Part shown: positions 38,648 to 49,293 of the stretch, piece after piece
Layout: every line of letters begins with the position of its first letter
Position numbering within the stretch: the first letter of the stretch is position 1
Assembly (NCBI GenBank): GCA_964520905.1
Contig: CAZFQL010000001.1
Span: forward strand, 183,216 to 247,215
Origin: an uncultured Chlorobiaceae bacterium
GTDB taxonomy: Bacteria > Bacteroidota > Ignavibacteria > UBA10030 > SZUA-254
Length of the DNA stretch: 64,000 bases
Direction: 5' to 3'
Made by a program: the position numbers and the translations under genes
Notes under the pieces: model-generated
What the model was told of the DNA's origin: nothing
The model's database searches: none
What the model saw: only the letters and a program-made list of their open reading frames with translations

Positions 38648-39961
38648 TTAGAATCGTGAGATATCATTGTAAACTATGAAAGCCATAAAAGCCAGTAATA
38701 GAATAAATCCCGCCTGCTGGATAGCGATTTTTACTTTATGCGGGATATCTCTCCTGAAGATTTTTTCATATCCTAACAACAGCAGATGTCCGCCATCAAG
38801 AGCAGGGATGGGAAGGATGTTGAGAATTGCCAGGCTCATACTCAACTGTGCCATAAACCAGATGAACGTCAGTAGACCCATCTCGGCGCTTTGCGTTGCA
38901 AGTTGGGCTATTGCAACCGGTCCTCCCAACGATTCTTTTATAGAGGCTTTTCCCGTAAAGATTTTGTTGAATGTCAGATAAAAAAGATATACAGATTGCT
39001 CAATATCTTTAATCCCTTCGCCGAGCGCTTCGACAATCGAATACTCAATATGCTTTGATGGTCCTGTATAGCGGCTTCCGACGATTATTCCTATCCTCCC
39101 AGAAGAAGTTACTGTTACAGTATCGGAGATAATGTTATTTCCCCGTTTCCATTTAAGAGTAATTTGCTTCCCGGCATTTCTATTTATGAGAGCAATAGCG
39201 ATAGGCTGATTTACGGTCGTATCGTTAACGGCTATGAGCGTATCGCCCGCCATCAAACCGATTTTTGATGCTGGCATTTTCGGATCGACCCCCTCTACTG
39301 TTGCTACAGTATGCCCCACCATGATTCCGGGTTGATTGCTCGAAGGCGAAGGTATGGTTTTCGCAGGAACGAAAACCTGAAGGTGCTTGCCGCCGCGATC
39401 GACATCGATTGTAATATCGTCCCCTAAATATTCTATATAAATTAATTGCTGAACCTGATCCCAGTGTGTAACCTGCGTTTGATTAATCGATAGAATTTTA
39501 TCTCCAGCCGCTAATCCTGCTTTTTCAAATGCGCTTCCTTCTGCAACGAAACCGATATCCGTTGTCTCTGCAATGTAAGACCCTTGTTTGAAATGAATAG
39601 TCCAGAAGATTAGTACGGCAAGCAGAACATTCATTATTACACCGGCAGAGATGACAAGCATTCTTGCCCACATGGGCCGTGAGCGAAATTCCCATGGTTG
39701 AGGCGCTTGATTTGCAAAATCTGTATCCATGCTCTCGTCGACCATGCCGGCTATTTTTACATAACCGCCTATAGGTATCCAGGAAACGCAGTAATCCGTA
39801 TCGCCAATTTTCTTCCCGAATGCGCGCGGAGGAAATCCAATTGAAAACCGATCGACACGCATCCCGGTTAATTTCGCGGCTATGAAGTGACCGAATTCAT
39901 GGATGAATACTAAAACGCCCAAAGTGATTGCTGTATAAAATAACATGCTGAGAACTTGCAT
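38648..39961 (-). CDS. rseP: RIP metalloprotease (site-2 protease, M50)
   Basis: HEFGHF at the N-terminus, PDZ domains and the C-terminal LDGG motif. Confidence 0.9.
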   Translation of the reverse strand: MQVLSMLFYTAITLGVLVFIHEFGHFIAAKLTGMRVDRFSIGFPPRAFGKKIGDTDYCVSWIPIGGYVKIAGMVDESMDTDFANQAPQPWEFRSRPMWARMLVISAGVIMNVLLAVLIFWTIHFKQGSYIAETTDIGFVAEGSAFEKAGLAAGDKILSINQTQVTHWDQVQQLIYIEYLGDDITIDVDRGGKHLQVFVPAKTIPSPSSNQPGIMVGHTVATVEGVDPKMPASKIGLMAGDTLIAVNDTTVNQPIAIALINRNAGKQITLKWKRGNNIISDTVTVTSSGRIGIIVGSRYTGPSKHIEYSIVEALGEGIKDIEQSVYLFYLTFNKIFTGKASIKESLGGPVAIAQLATQSAEMGLLTFIWFMAQLSMSLAILNILPIPALDGGHLLLLGYEKIFRRDIPHKVKIAIQQAGFILLLAFMAFIVYNDISRF

Positions 39962-39970
39962 TATAATTTC

Positions 39971-41125
39971 CTATTTCTTTTTTCTGTTTAGGGTTTCGAT
40001 ATATTTGCGTGTTGCATTGTCGGTATCGATGATATCATCGAGCGAAGGAGAGTGTTTCACGGGAATTTTTTCCAACGCTTTTCGTATAAGTTGTGGAATC
40101 TGATTGAATGAAATCTTTCCGCCGAGAAAGAACTCAACGGCGATCTCATTTGCAGCGTTTAGTATTGCCGGCGCGGTTCCACCTATCCTCAAAGCATCAT
40201 AAGCGAGCTTGAGGCATTCGAATTTTTTCATGTCAGGCTTTGAAAATGTTAGTTTTTGCTGCTTAACGAAATCAATCCTGTTGAAATTCGAAACAGCGCG
40301 CTCCGGATGAGTGAGTGAATACTGAATCGGAATTTTCATGTCGGGGACGCCCAACTGAGCTTTCACAGAGCCGTCAACAAATTCGACCATCGAATGAATT
40401 ATCGATTCCGGATGGATGAGAACTTCAATTTTTTCGGGAGGCAGCTTAAAGAGCCAATGAGCCTCAATCACTTCCAATCCTTTATTCATGAGAGTCGCTG
40501 AATCGATCGTAATTTTATTGCCCATTTTCCAATTCGGGTGTTTAAGCGCATTAGCGACTGTGACGTCCTTAAAATTCTTTTTGTCAAGATGAAGAAACGG
40601 TCCCCCCGATGCGGTCAATATGAGGCGATTGATTTTATCGCGGTTTTCTCCCATGAGACATTGGAGTATCGCACTGTGTTCGCTGTCGATAGGGACAAGA
40701 GAGGCATTGTGTTTATCGATCAAAGCCGTGATAATTTCACCGGCAACAACAAGAGTCTCTTTGTTTGCGAGCGCAACGGTTTTTCCGTTTTTGATTGCCT
40801 CAATTGTCGGTCTCAAACCTGCAAATCCGACGAGTGCATTGATCAGGACATCAAAATCCTTTTGATTAACAAGCTCGCTTAATCCTTCTTCGCCGGAAAA
40901 AATTTTAATGGAACCGTTTAAAGACCGTTTCAGGTTTGCAGCAGAAAATTTGTCAAGTACTGCGACAGCCTTTGGATGGAAACGATCGATTTGTTCTTTT
41001 AGCGTGCGGGTATTTGTGTTTGCTGAAAGATACTGAACACGGAACCTATCTGGAAAATTTGCAATTACATCCAGACTGTTTTTTCCGATGGAACCGGTTG
41101 ATCCTAGAATGCAAATATTTTTCAT
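39971..41125 (-). CDS. dxr: 1-deoxy-D-xylulose-5-phosphate reductoisomerase
   Basis: ICILGSTGSIGKNSLDVI, plus LANKE, DSEHSA and NKG motifs. Start trimmed to MKNICILG. Confidence 0.95.
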   Translation of the reverse strand: MKNICILGSTGSIGKNSLDVIANFPDRFRVQYLSANTNTRTLKEQIDRFHPKAVAVLDKFSAANLKRSLNGSIKIFSGEEGLSELVNQKDFDVLINALVGFAGLRPTIEAIKNGKTVALANKETLVVAGEIITALIDKHNASLVPIDSEHSAILQCLMGENRDKINRLILTASGGPFLHLDKKNFKDVTVANALKHPNWKMGNKITIDSATLMNKGLEVIEAHWLFKLPPEKIEVLIHPESIIHSMVEFVDGSVKAQLGVPDMKIPIQYSLTHPERAVSNFNRIDFVKQQKLTFSKPDMKKFECLKLAYDALRIGGTAPAILNAANEIAVEFFLGGKISFNQIPQLIRKALEKIPVKHSPSLDDIIDTDNATRKYIETLNRKKK

Positions 41126-41132
41126 TTCAGCC

Positions 41133-41170
41133 ATAAAAAACAATTTGCCCCATTTTAGCGGGGCAATTCT
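41133..41170 (-). terminator. Rho-independent terminator after dnaB (minus strand)
   Basis: Stem ttgcccc/ggggcaa with an 8-nt loop, followed on the minus strand by a T-run (plus-strand aaaaaac at 41135-41141). Confidence 0.5.
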
Positions 41171-41227
41171 TTACATAAAGTAATGAAATCTCGCGTCGCA
41201 AACAAACGGAAATAAGTATCGATTCGG

Positions 41228-42673
41228 TTAGAATGGTGTTTCCTCTGGCAAGGAGAGAGGAGGCGCAATCATTGATTCTAATTTTTCAAAACCTGCATAT
41301 TCCTTGTGAAATTGTAAACGCACCATCCCGGTAGGTCCATTGCGTTGTTTACCGATTATGATCTCGGCAATTCCCTCGGATGGTATATTGCCGAGGTCAT
41401 CATCTTTTACCGTTTCCATACCGTATGTTTCTGGACGATGGACGAATAAGACGACGTCTGCATCTTGTTCGATTGCGCCTGATTCTCTCAGATCGGCGAG
41501 CATTGGGCGCTTATCACCGCGCGATTCGACTGCGCGGTTTAGCTGGGATAAAGCTACAACAGGGATATCAAGTTCTTTAGCTAACGCCTTTAGTGACCGG
41601 GATATCATGGAAATTTCTCTCTCTCGCGACTCGGAATTTTTCGGTCCCTGGATGAGTTGTAAATAATCGACAATTACGAGACCAATATCGTGCTCGGCTT
41701 TGAGCCGGCGGGATTTGGCGCGCAATTCAAGGATACTTAGCGCAGGTGTATCATCTATAAAGATTTTTGCTTCGGCGAGGCGGCCTACATTCCTGCTTAA
41801 ATTTTTCCATTTGTCTTCATGCAATCTTCCGGTACGAAGTTCATGCGCATTAACTCTTGCCTCGGATGATAACATCCTAATTATCAATTGCCGTTCCGAC
41901 ATTTCTATGCTGAAAATTGCAACCGATGTGCGTTTTTCCCTGTGTAATGCTGCGTTGCGCGCTATGGATAAAGCAAGAGCCGTTTTCCCCTGGCTTGGTC
42001 TTCCTGCAATAATCACAAGGTCTGACTTTTGGAATCCGCCCGTTTTTTCATCGAGTGTCGGGAAACCGCTCGGCACCCCGGTCACACCGCTATGCTTGCC
42101 ATGAATTTCCTGAAGCATCTCGAAGGTTTCATGCAACGCACGATTGATCGGCGTGAATGATCGTTTCATCCGCTTCTCGGAGATTCGGAATATCTTTGTT
42201 TCGGCTTCATCGAGCAGGTCAAGTGCATCTTCAGTCTCGTTATAAGCACGGGTTAACACTTCTGAAGACGAGCTGATTAAACTCCGCATCAGAGCTTTTT
42301 CAAGAACAATGCGGCTGTGATACTCAACATTGGCTGAAGATGTTGCACCCATTGTAAGCTCGGTAATATAGACGGGATCCTCGGTAGCATTCAACTGACC
42401 ACGGCGCCGTAGTTCTTCGACGAGTGTAACTGCATCGATTGGATCGCCTTTTTCAAAAAGCGCCATCATTGCCTGGAATATTTTCTGATGCGTAGGATTG
42501 TAAAAACTTGCAGGATCAAGCAGTTCCAATACTTTTGGCGCCGCTTCTTTATCAATCAGTATTGCGCCCAGAACAGATTTCTCGACATCAACCGCCTGCG
42601 GTGGAATGCGCCCTCCAAAATTTGCCGGTTCAGTTGGAGTAGAAAACGCTGTATTCTTTTTCGTCCTTGCCAT
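41228..42673 (-). CDS. dnaB: Replicative DNA helicase
   Basis: DnaB N-terminal domain followed by a RecA-like domain with GRPSQGKTA Walker A. 481 aa and no intein. Confidence 0.95.
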   Translation of the reverse strand: MARTKKNTAFSTPTEPANFGGRIPPQAVDVEKSVLGAILIDKEAAPKVLELLDPASFYNPTHQKIFQAMMALFEKGDPIDAVTLVEELRRRGQLNATEDPVYITELTMGATSSANVEYHSRIVLEKALMRSLISSSSEVLTRAYNETEDALDLLDEAETKIFRISEKRMKRSFTPINRALHETFEMLQEIHGKHSGVTGVPSGFPTLDEKTGGFQKSDLVIIAGRPSQGKTALALSIARNAALHREKRTSVAIFSIEMSERQLIIRMLSSEARVNAHELRTGRLHEDKWKNLSRNVGRLAEAKIFIDDTPALSILELRAKSRRLKAEHDIGLVIVDYLQLIQGPKNSESREREISMISRSLKALAKELDIPVVALSQLNRAVESRGDKRPMLADLRESGAIEQDADVVLFVHRPETYGMETVKDDDLGNIPSEGIAEIIIGKQRNGPTGMVRLQFHKEYAGFEKLESMIAPPLSLPEETPF

Positions 42674-43398
42674 TATTCACCAGCTTTCATTTCGTCATAT
42701 GCTTTGCGGAACATTTTCATATCTTCCCATGCAGGATATTTCCAATTCGGATTTCTCAATAATGCGGCAGGGTGATATGTTACCATAAGTTTTGTACCAC
42801 GGAAATCGTGGAATTTGCCGCGTAATGATGTAAGAGTATTGTTGGTTTGCATGAGCCATTGTCCGGCAATTCTTCCGAGACATATGATGAATTTTGGTTT
42901 AATGAGTTCAATTTGCCTGTAAAGATACGGAGTGCATGTTTCCATCTCTGTCGATTCCGGGTCACGGTTGTTCGGCGGGCGGCATTTTAGAATGTTGCAT
43001 ATATACACTTCTTCTCTCTTCAAATCGACTGCCGAGAGAATTTTATTCAAAAGTTGTCCCGCTCTTCCAACAAACGGCTCACCCTGTGCATCCTCGTCAG
43101 CTCCGGGCGCTTCGCCTATGAACATAACGTCAGCCGCCGGATTTCCTATGCCAAAAACAAAATTAGTCCGTGTATGCCCAAGCGGGCATTTTAAGCAAGT
43201 ATTTATCTCCTTGTCAAAATCACTCAACGACTTGGAGCTAACCAATAGTTCTTCAGGTAATTTAATGTTTTCCCTGACCGCGCTCTTTTTCAAACTTTGT
43301 TCTTCTTCATGATAGATGGTATTACCGAATAAATCCTGCTGCTGCATAAAATACCGCTCGGTATTATTTATGAATTCCAAGAGATCTTTTGAAGGCAC
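42673..43398 (-). CDS. Uracil-DNA glycosylase, family 4 (UdgA-type, Fe-S)
   Basis: GEAPGADED...GEPFVGRAG, with the Cys ligands CLKCPL. Confidence 0.85.
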   Translation of the reverse strand: MPSKDLLEFINNTERYFMQQQDLFGNTIYHEEEQSLKKSAVRENIKLPEELLVSSKSLSDFDKEINTCLKCPLGHTRTNFVFGIGNPAADVMFIGEAPGADEDAQGEPFVGRAGQLLNKILSAVDLKREEVYICNILKCRPPNNRDPESTEMETCTPYLYRQIELIKPKFIICLGRIAGQWLMQTNNTLTSLRGKFHDFRGTKLMVTYHPAALLRNPNWKYPAWEDMKMFRKAYDEMKAGE

Positions 43399-43406
43399 AG
43401 TATTTT

Positions 43407-44624
43407 CTATTTAAAAAGTTTAGATACTCGGTTTAAGATTTCGCGGGCGACCTCATGTTTAGACATTTTCTTCAACTTCTGAACTTTACCGCCGCTCGAA
43501 ATAATCGTTACAATATTCGTATCTGTATCAAACCCGGCGCCTTCACTTAATGGATTGTTGAGAACTATAAGATCGAGATTTTTAACTTTTAGTTTTGATT
43601 TAGCATTTTTGATTTCATTATCCGTTTCGACGGCAAAACCGACAAGAATATCTCTACCCTTGATGTTCCCTAAGTGTTGGAGGATGTCTTTTGTTTCCTT
43701 TGTCTCAATAATAAAGCGATCGCTTTTCGATTTGTTCTTTTTAATTTTTTTATTAGAAACAGTTATCGGCGTAAAATCGGCGACTGCCGCCGCCATAATC
43801 GTTACATCCATTCCCTTACGATGCTTCATCATAGCCGTATACATCTGTAGCGCCGTTTCGACATCGACACGGTTAACGTTCCGCGGGGTTTGCAGATGAA
43901 CATGTCCGGCAACTAACGTTACATCGGCGCCCCGCTGGGCTGCCGCATTCGCAATTGCAAAGCCCATTTTTCCAGAAGATCGATTTCCGATATATCTAAC
44001 CGGATCGATAGGCTCGTAAGTGGGACCAGCGCTGATGAGTATTTTCTTGTCAAGAAAATCTTTCCGATTCGATTCCAAAATATCTTCAACTGCTTTTTGA
44101 ATCCGGGGAAGATCGGGTAAGCGGCCCGCTCCTGTTAAACCGCTGGCGAGTTCACCCTCGGCAGGCGGAAGAACGATATATCCAGCTTCTCGCAGAGTAT
44201 TAATGTTTTGTTGAGTTGTGGAGCGGAGCCACATGTCGGTATCCATAGATGGAGAAATAATCACCGGACATCGCATGGCAAGGGCGAGTATGGTAACAGC
44301 ATTATCGGCATAACCGTGTGCAATTTTCGCGATTGTGTTCGCAGTAGCCGGAGCTATAAGCATAGCGTCAGCCCATTGGGCAAGCGTGATGTGCCATGTA
44401 CCGGCATTTAAAATGCCGGATGATTGTTCGGGAAAAGTCCCAATGATAACTTCATCCCCGGAGACAGTTGATAGCGTTAAAGGTGTGACGAATTCCTTAG
44501 CAGAGTCGGTCATTACAACACGTATATCTGTGCCGGCTTTTTTAAAATCCCTGATGAGTTGCGGGATTTTATATGCAGCGATGCCTCCGGTAATTCCGAT
44601 CAAAATCCTTTTACCTGTGAGCAT
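43407..44624 (-). CDS. coaBC: Bifunctional phosphopantothenoylcysteine decarboxylase / phosphopantothenate-cysteine ligase
   Basis: Flavoprotein N-terminal domain GITGGIAAYK followed by the CoaB domain; 405 aa. Confidence 0.95.
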   Translation of the reverse strand: MLTGKRILIGITGGIAAYKIPQLIRDFKKAGTDIRVVMTDSAKEFVTPLTLSTVSGDEVIIGTFPEQSSGILNAGTWHITLAQWADAMLIAPATANTIAKIAHGYADNAVTILALAMRCPVIISPSMDTDMWLRSTTQQNINTLREAGYIVLPPAEGELASGLTGAGRLPDLPRIQKAVEDILESNRKDFLDKKILISAGPTYEPIDPVRYIGNRSSGKMGFAIANAAAQRGADVTLVAGHVHLQTPRNVNRVDVETALQMYTAMMKHRKGMDVTIMAAAVADFTPITVSNKKIKKNKSKSDRFIIETKETKDILQHLGNIKGRDILVGFAVETDNEIKNAKSKLKVKNLDLIVLNNPLSEGAGFDTDTNIVTIISSGGKVQKLKKMSKHEVAREILNRVSKLFK

Positions 44625-44645
44625 TGAATACCTAATTGTATTGGT

Positions 44646-44969
44646 TTAGGGTTCGGTGATCGGGCGGTCGTCTTCTTTGTAACGATATTGAAGTTTTCCG
44701 GTTAACAACTCATTTATCGCAGTTTCGTGCGGTTTAGACCTTTTCTCAAATTCTTGTGCAATAAGAATCTGATCGGGGTTTGTTTGCGGCTGTTCACCTT
44801 CTTCTTCCGGTTCGAATATTTTCGATTGCAGCATTTCAACACGCTGGTTGAATTCGATCTTCATCTCCTCGTTGATCTGGCGTGCACGCTTCAGTAACAC
44901 GACGATTGCTTCGTAAATGTTCTCGGCAGTGCCTGTCAGATGTTCGATGTCTATTGGTTTTAGTGGCAT
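44646..44969 (-). CDS. rpoZ: DNA-directed RNA polymerase subunit omega
   Basis: NIYEAIVVLLKRARQI matches the omega core. The conserved gmk-rpoZ-coaBC order supports the call. Confidence 0.75.
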   Translation of the reverse strand: MPLKPIDIEHLTGTAENIYEAIVVLLKRARQINEEMKIEFNQRVEMLQSKIFEPEEEGEQPQTNPDQILIAQEFEKRSKPHETAINELLTGKLQYRYKEDDRPITEP

Positions 44970-45033
44970 TGATGTTTCCTTTTATGGTGAATCTTATTTT
45001 GTTTTCGGTCTAAATTTTTGATCTCGTCGACTT

Positions 45034-45615
45034 TTACGCCGATTGAAGCACATGGTCTATGATCTCATCGACTTTATCGACGGCTTGCTCAAGCGTTTCG
45101 TTAATGATAGTATAATCAAACTTTACTGCAAGCCCGAGCTCCATCTCAACCCGCTCCATTCGTTTTGCGAAGGTCTCGGGAGTTTCCGTTTTCCGATTCT
45201 TCAACCGCTCTGTAAGTAGTTCCATGCTTGGCGGTTTAATAAAAATTAGTAATGCAACTTGCGGATATTTTTTTTTAATAGAAAGCGCGCCGTTTACATC
45301 GACATCGAACAATATCGATGTATTTGCGCTGAATGCGCGCTCGACTTCACTTTTCAGTGAACCGTAATAATCGCCGTAAATTTGTTCCCATTCGGCGAGT
45401 TCGTCATGCCGGATCTTATACTCGAATTGTTCCTTGGTTAAAAAGAAATAATCCTTACCGTCAATTTCCGCAGATCGCTTCGTTCGGGTTGTTCCCGACA
45501 CGGAGAAAAAAAAATCGGGATGCCGCCGTAAAATCTCCTTAGCAATAGTGGTCTTTCCGCATCCGCTTGGTCCAGAAATAACAATCAATTTTGTCTTTGA
45601 CATAATATTATTCAA
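45034..45615 (-). CDS. gmk: Guanylate kinase
   Basis: GPSGCGKTT P-loop in a 193-aa protein. Confidence 0.95.
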   Translation of the reverse strand: MNNIMSKTKLIVISGPSGCGKTTIAKEILRRHPDFFFSVSGTTRTKRSAEIDGKDYFFLTKEQFEYKIRHDELAEWEQIYGDYYGSLKSEVERAFSANTSILFDVDVNGALSIKKKYPQVALLIFIKPPSMELLTERLKNRKTETPETFAKRMERVEMELGLAVKFDYTIINETLEQAVDKVDEIIDHVLQSA

Positions 45616-45647
45616 CAGCTCATTGGCTGAGTTATGATCATGATTGC

Positions 45648-46529
45648 TTACTCTATGTTCTGCAATTGTTCCCGTATTTTTTCAAGCTCTTCCTTTATTG
45701 CGACGACGAGATGGGCAATTTCAGAACTATCGGATTTTGCGCCTATTGTATTTGCCTCACGGTTCATCTCCTGAACGAGAAAGTTTAACTTACGTCCGAC
45801 GCCGTCTTCTTTTTTAAGAGCGTCCAGGAAGAATTTATTGTGACTCCGGAAGCGGACAGATTCTTCTGTTACATCGAGTTTATCGATTAATAATGCAAAC
45901 TCAAGCTCCAAACGATTTTGATCGATGATTGACTGATCGGTAACAAGTTCTTTAATTCGCTCTGTCAACCTTAAACGCTCTTCTGGTACTCGCTGTTTTG
46001 CGATACGCTCTATTTCAGTAAGATTCGTATTTATAATTTCAATTCTATATACCAAATCGTTCAGCAGCTCACCGCCTTCTCTTTGACGCATCAGTACAGC
46101 TTCACTCAGCGCGGCATCCAGCGCTTTCTTAACCAACCGCCATTCTTTTTCGTCGCCCCTTTCAAATTCGTCGATCTCAAGAACCTCGGGGAAATTTAAA
46201 AGATGTTCCAATGAAACCTTGCTTTGAATTTTTACGGCTTTCCTTAAATCGTTCAATAATTTGTAATATGCTTTTGCGGCGGCGATATTAATTTTTAGGG
46301 GAACTTCATTAGCGTTTTCATGTACCACATTCAGGGAAATACTTATCTTTCCCCTGACAAATTTAGCGCGAACTAATTCTTTCACTTCATTTTCACGCAG
46401 TGTCAGCGTGCGCGGGAGTCGTGAAGTTACTTCAAGGTAACGGCTGTTGACGGAGCGAACTTCTGCTGAGGCAGTAGTTCTGTCCTCGGTCGCTTCACCG
46501 CGCCCATATCCTGTCATACTTGAAATCAT
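45648..46529 (-). CDS. yicC: YicC-family protein
   Basis: MISSMTGYGRGE N-terminus and the YicC C-terminal helical domain. Start trimmed. Confidence 0.85.
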   Translation of the reverse strand: MISSMTGYGRGEATEDRTTASAEVRSVNSRYLEVTSRLPRTLTLRENEVKELVRAKFVRGKISISLNVVHENANEVPLKINIAAAKAYYKLLNDLRKAVKIQSKVSLEHLLNFPEVLEIDEFERGDEKEWRLVKKALDAALSEAVLMRQREGGELLNDLVYRIEIINTNLTEIERIAKQRVPEERLRLTERIKELVTDQSIIDQNRLELEFALLIDKLDVTEESVRFRSHNKFFLDALKKEDGVGRKLNFLVQEMNREANTIGAKSDSSEIAHLVVAIKEELEKIREQLQNIE

Positions 46530-46719
46530 TTCATATTCGCCATTTATTGGAAAAATTCCCATCTTAAGGTACGAAATATTCGTTCGTGCGTCAAGGGAAA
46601 CCTTTGCACAACCTTTTCACCCCAATGTTCACACCTATATTGTGCAATTTTATCCCGTCATTGAGAAACAACCGCATTTTAAATATATTGTGTACATCTG
46701 TTTAATTTTTATATCAAAG

Positions 46720-48405
46720 ATGATAACAAACTATTTCACACTTCAGGCATTGACCGCCGAGATGAACACCGTAATCCACGACGGCAGAATTCATGAGATT
46801 TTTTCACAGCGAAAAAACGAATTATTGATTTCAATTGAAAATCCATCAGCGACGTCTGATACTAAATCAGAATTGACGCTGTGTGTTTCCGTTGAGCCGA
46901 AGCTCAATTATATTTACCTGCGGGATAGAGTTATGCGTGCGCGTAAGAATTCGGTTGATCTGTTTGACGATGTGGTTCAACATTCCGTTGAAAGCATCGG
47001 CATACATCAGTCGGATCGCCTGATTGTAGTCACGCTCGAAAACGGAAAAAGAATGCTGTTTCAAATTTATAATACTGTTGCCAGCAATATCCTCTTAGTC
47101 GATGAGAATTATGTAATAGCTGAGGCATTTAAAAATAATGATACACTTAAAGGGACTACCTTTAAGATCGAAGAACATGGACCGGGAATAGATTATATTG
47201 GAAACGCGGAATCATTTATTGATAAAGTACTCCAACAGCAAAACGTGACGATCTATAATGCGTTGAAAAGAACACTACCGTTATTGGGTCCGGTTTTTTG
47301 CCGTGAGATACTGTTTCGCTCCGAAACACCTGAAGAAACAATTACAGAAGCTGTCGGAGAAAATCAGATGTTGAGGATACATAAAGAAATTCAGAATTTA
47401 TATTATCAAACATCCTATCCGGAGCCGAGAATTTATTTATTGCAGAATCATCAAGAGATATTTTCCATCTTACCGATTGATCATTTAAGAAATAAGACTG
47501 AAAAGACCTGCGCAACCGTAAACGAGGGGATAAAAAAGATTATAATAGATAAGTTTAAGGAATCAAAGTTTTCAGGTGAGAAAGACCCTATTGTAGATAA
47601 AGCAGAACATGAATTAGGGCGACTCAGGCAAACTCTCAACAAGAAAGCCTCTGCTACGTCGAGCGGTCCGGAAGAATATGAATTGCTCGGCAAAATACTT
47701 CTTGCTAATTTGCCGCTACTGAAAAAAGGAATGAAGCACATTGAGCTGCACTCGCCTATAGGTGAATCTTCAATGATACGAATATCGCTCGATCCCGCAC
47801 TTACTCCGGTGCAGAACGCAGAGCGGTATTTTGATAAAGCGAAAAAGGCAAAAGGCGCGCAAGAAGAATCTGCGGAACGCTTGAAGCAGCTTACCGGTAA
47901 ACTAACCTGGCTGGAGACGCTCGTTCACACACTGCATCGATGCGAAACTGAAGAAGATTTGAAAAAAATTATTGAAGAACATAAAGATAAGTTAAGATCA
48001 ATGAAATTAATTGATGAACAGCCAGGGCGAGAACTCCCGCCGTTTAGGATATTTACCGTGGCGGGTGGTTATGAAGTGTGGGTTGGTAAAAGCAGCGCCA
48101 ACAATGATCTTCTTACTATGAAATATGCCAAGCCGAACGATCTCTGGTTTCATGTGCGTGGCGCAGGAGGTTCACATACTGTGCTGAAGGTTAAAGGTGA
48201 CGCTCAATCTGTTCCGAAGGAAGCAGTCCGGCAGGCGGCAGGCATTGCGGCATATTATAGTAAAATGAGAAATGCCGGTACAGTACTGGTTGCATACTGT
48301 GAACGGAAATATGTTAAAAAACCGAAACACTTAAAAGAGGGATCTGTTTTGCTAGAGCGCGAACATGTTGTATTTGTGAAGCCAAAACTTCTTGGAAATA
48401 CATAA
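46720..48405 (+). CDS. NFACT-family RNA-binding protein (RqcH/Rqc2 / FbpA homolog)
   Basis: NFACT-N start MITNYFTLQALTAEMN and NFACT-R motif WFHVRGAGGSHTVLK. Start trimmed to remove overlap with yicC. Confidence 0.75.
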   Translation: MITNYFTLQALTAEMNTVIHDGRIHEIFSQRKNELLISIENPSATSDTKSELTLCVSVEPKLNYIYLRDRVMRARKNSVDLFDDVVQHSVESIGIHQSDRLIVVTLENGKRMLFQIYNTVASNILLVDENYVIAEAFKNNDTLKGTTFKIEEHGPGIDYIGNAESFIDKVLQQQNVTIYNALKRTLPLLGPVFCREILFRSETPEETITEAVGENQMLRIHKEIQNLYYQTSYPEPRIYLLQNHQEIFSILPIDHLRNKTEKTCATVNEGIKKIIIDKFKESKFSGEKDPIVDKAEHELGRLRQTLNKKASATSSGPEEYELLGKILLANLPLLKKGMKHIELHSPIGESSMIRISLDPALTPVQNAERYFDKAKKAKGAQEESAERLKQLTGKLTWLETLVHTLHRCETEEDLKKIIEEHKDKLRSMKLIDEQPGRELPPFRIFTVAGGYEVWVGKSSANNDLLTMKYAKPNDLWFHVRGAGGSHTVLKVKGDAQSVPKEAVRQAAGIAAYYSKMRNAGTVLVAYCERKYVKKPKHLKEGSVLLEREHVVFVKPKLLGNT

Positions 48406-48499
48406 AAATCTTCGTATAATCTAAATATTCTTTGAGCAGCGGCACCCCAGCTGCGAGCCATACATTACATAGTATAACCAAACATTAAAGGAACCTCAT

Positions 48500-49132
48500 A
48501 TGAAGTCGTTAGTCCATCTGTTATTTCTCGGAATTATTTGTTCAACTTTTGCTTTCAGTCAAACCGATTCTATTAATATAGAAGATCAATCTGCACCGAT
48601 TAGCTATGAAGTAATAGCTTACGGCGGTGGCGCATTGCCGTACCTGCCAACATATTTTAAGGACAATTGGAGATCTGCTTGGAGCGCGGGTATTGGCTAC
48701 GGTATTTCACTACCGCCGGGCGAGTTAGGTTATATTACTCTTTATCAAACAATCGATTACAGCAAAATGAAATTCCAGCAGTCAAGCTCTTATGATGGAA
48801 AGTACTTGAATAGCGGTACCGTGCATATTACTGACATTATGGTAAATCTGAAAGGAAACATTTATCTGAGAATATTAAGAATAGAACCGTATTTCCTTTT
48901 CGGCGTGGGTGCGATGAATTATATATCGAGTGGTGTAAATATTGATGAGAAAGGAATAACCACTGTTAAGAACAGACATCAATTAGCTTTTGCGTGGACG
49001 TTCGGGTTAGGCATCGAAGTTCCTATTAACCAGCGTATCGGCGCTTTCATCGAGGGGAAATCGGTATTGGGCGTTGTAGAACCGGCAAAACAAATTTTCC
49101 CGTTTCATGCCGGCGTACATCTGCGCTTCTAA
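48500..49132 (+). CDS. Small outer-membrane beta-barrel protein (OmpW/porin-like)
   Basis: Signal peptide, alternating beta-strands, and a C-terminal Phe (...HLRF). Confidence 0.55.
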   Translation: MKSLVHLLFLGIICSTFAFSQTDSINIEDQSAPISYEVIAYGGGALPYLPTYFKDNWRSAWSAGIGYGISLPPGELGYITLYQTIDYSKMKFQQSSSYDGKYLNSGTVHITDIMVNLKGNIYLRILRIEPYFLFGVGAMNYISSGVNIDEKGITTVKNRHQLAFAWTFGLGIEVPINQRIGAFIEGKSVLGVVEPAKQIFPFHAGVHLRF

Positions 49133-49154
49133 TCTAACAAAATATTTTTATTTA

Positions 49155-49193
49155 AATGCGGTATACTCTTGCAGGTATATCGCATTTTTTATT
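49155..49193 (+). terminator. Rho-independent terminator
   Basis: gcggtatac / gtatatcgc stem (one mismatch) followed by attttttatt. Confidence 0.55.
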
Positions 49194-49293
49194 CAGAAAA
49201 TACCTGTATCAACGGGGTAAACTATAAATCGATCATCTCCCGCATGCCGATAGAATACACGGAGGTTATAATGTTGATGACTAAAGGAGATTT

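Noticed and set aside
46447-46719. N-terminal extensions proposed by the ORF track for the NFACT protein (and similarly for yicC, hisA-like, dxr and the 23204 gene)
   Set aside because: The extensions overlap neighbouring genes or lack similarity to the families. Internal Met codons match the conserved family N-termini and remove the overlaps.
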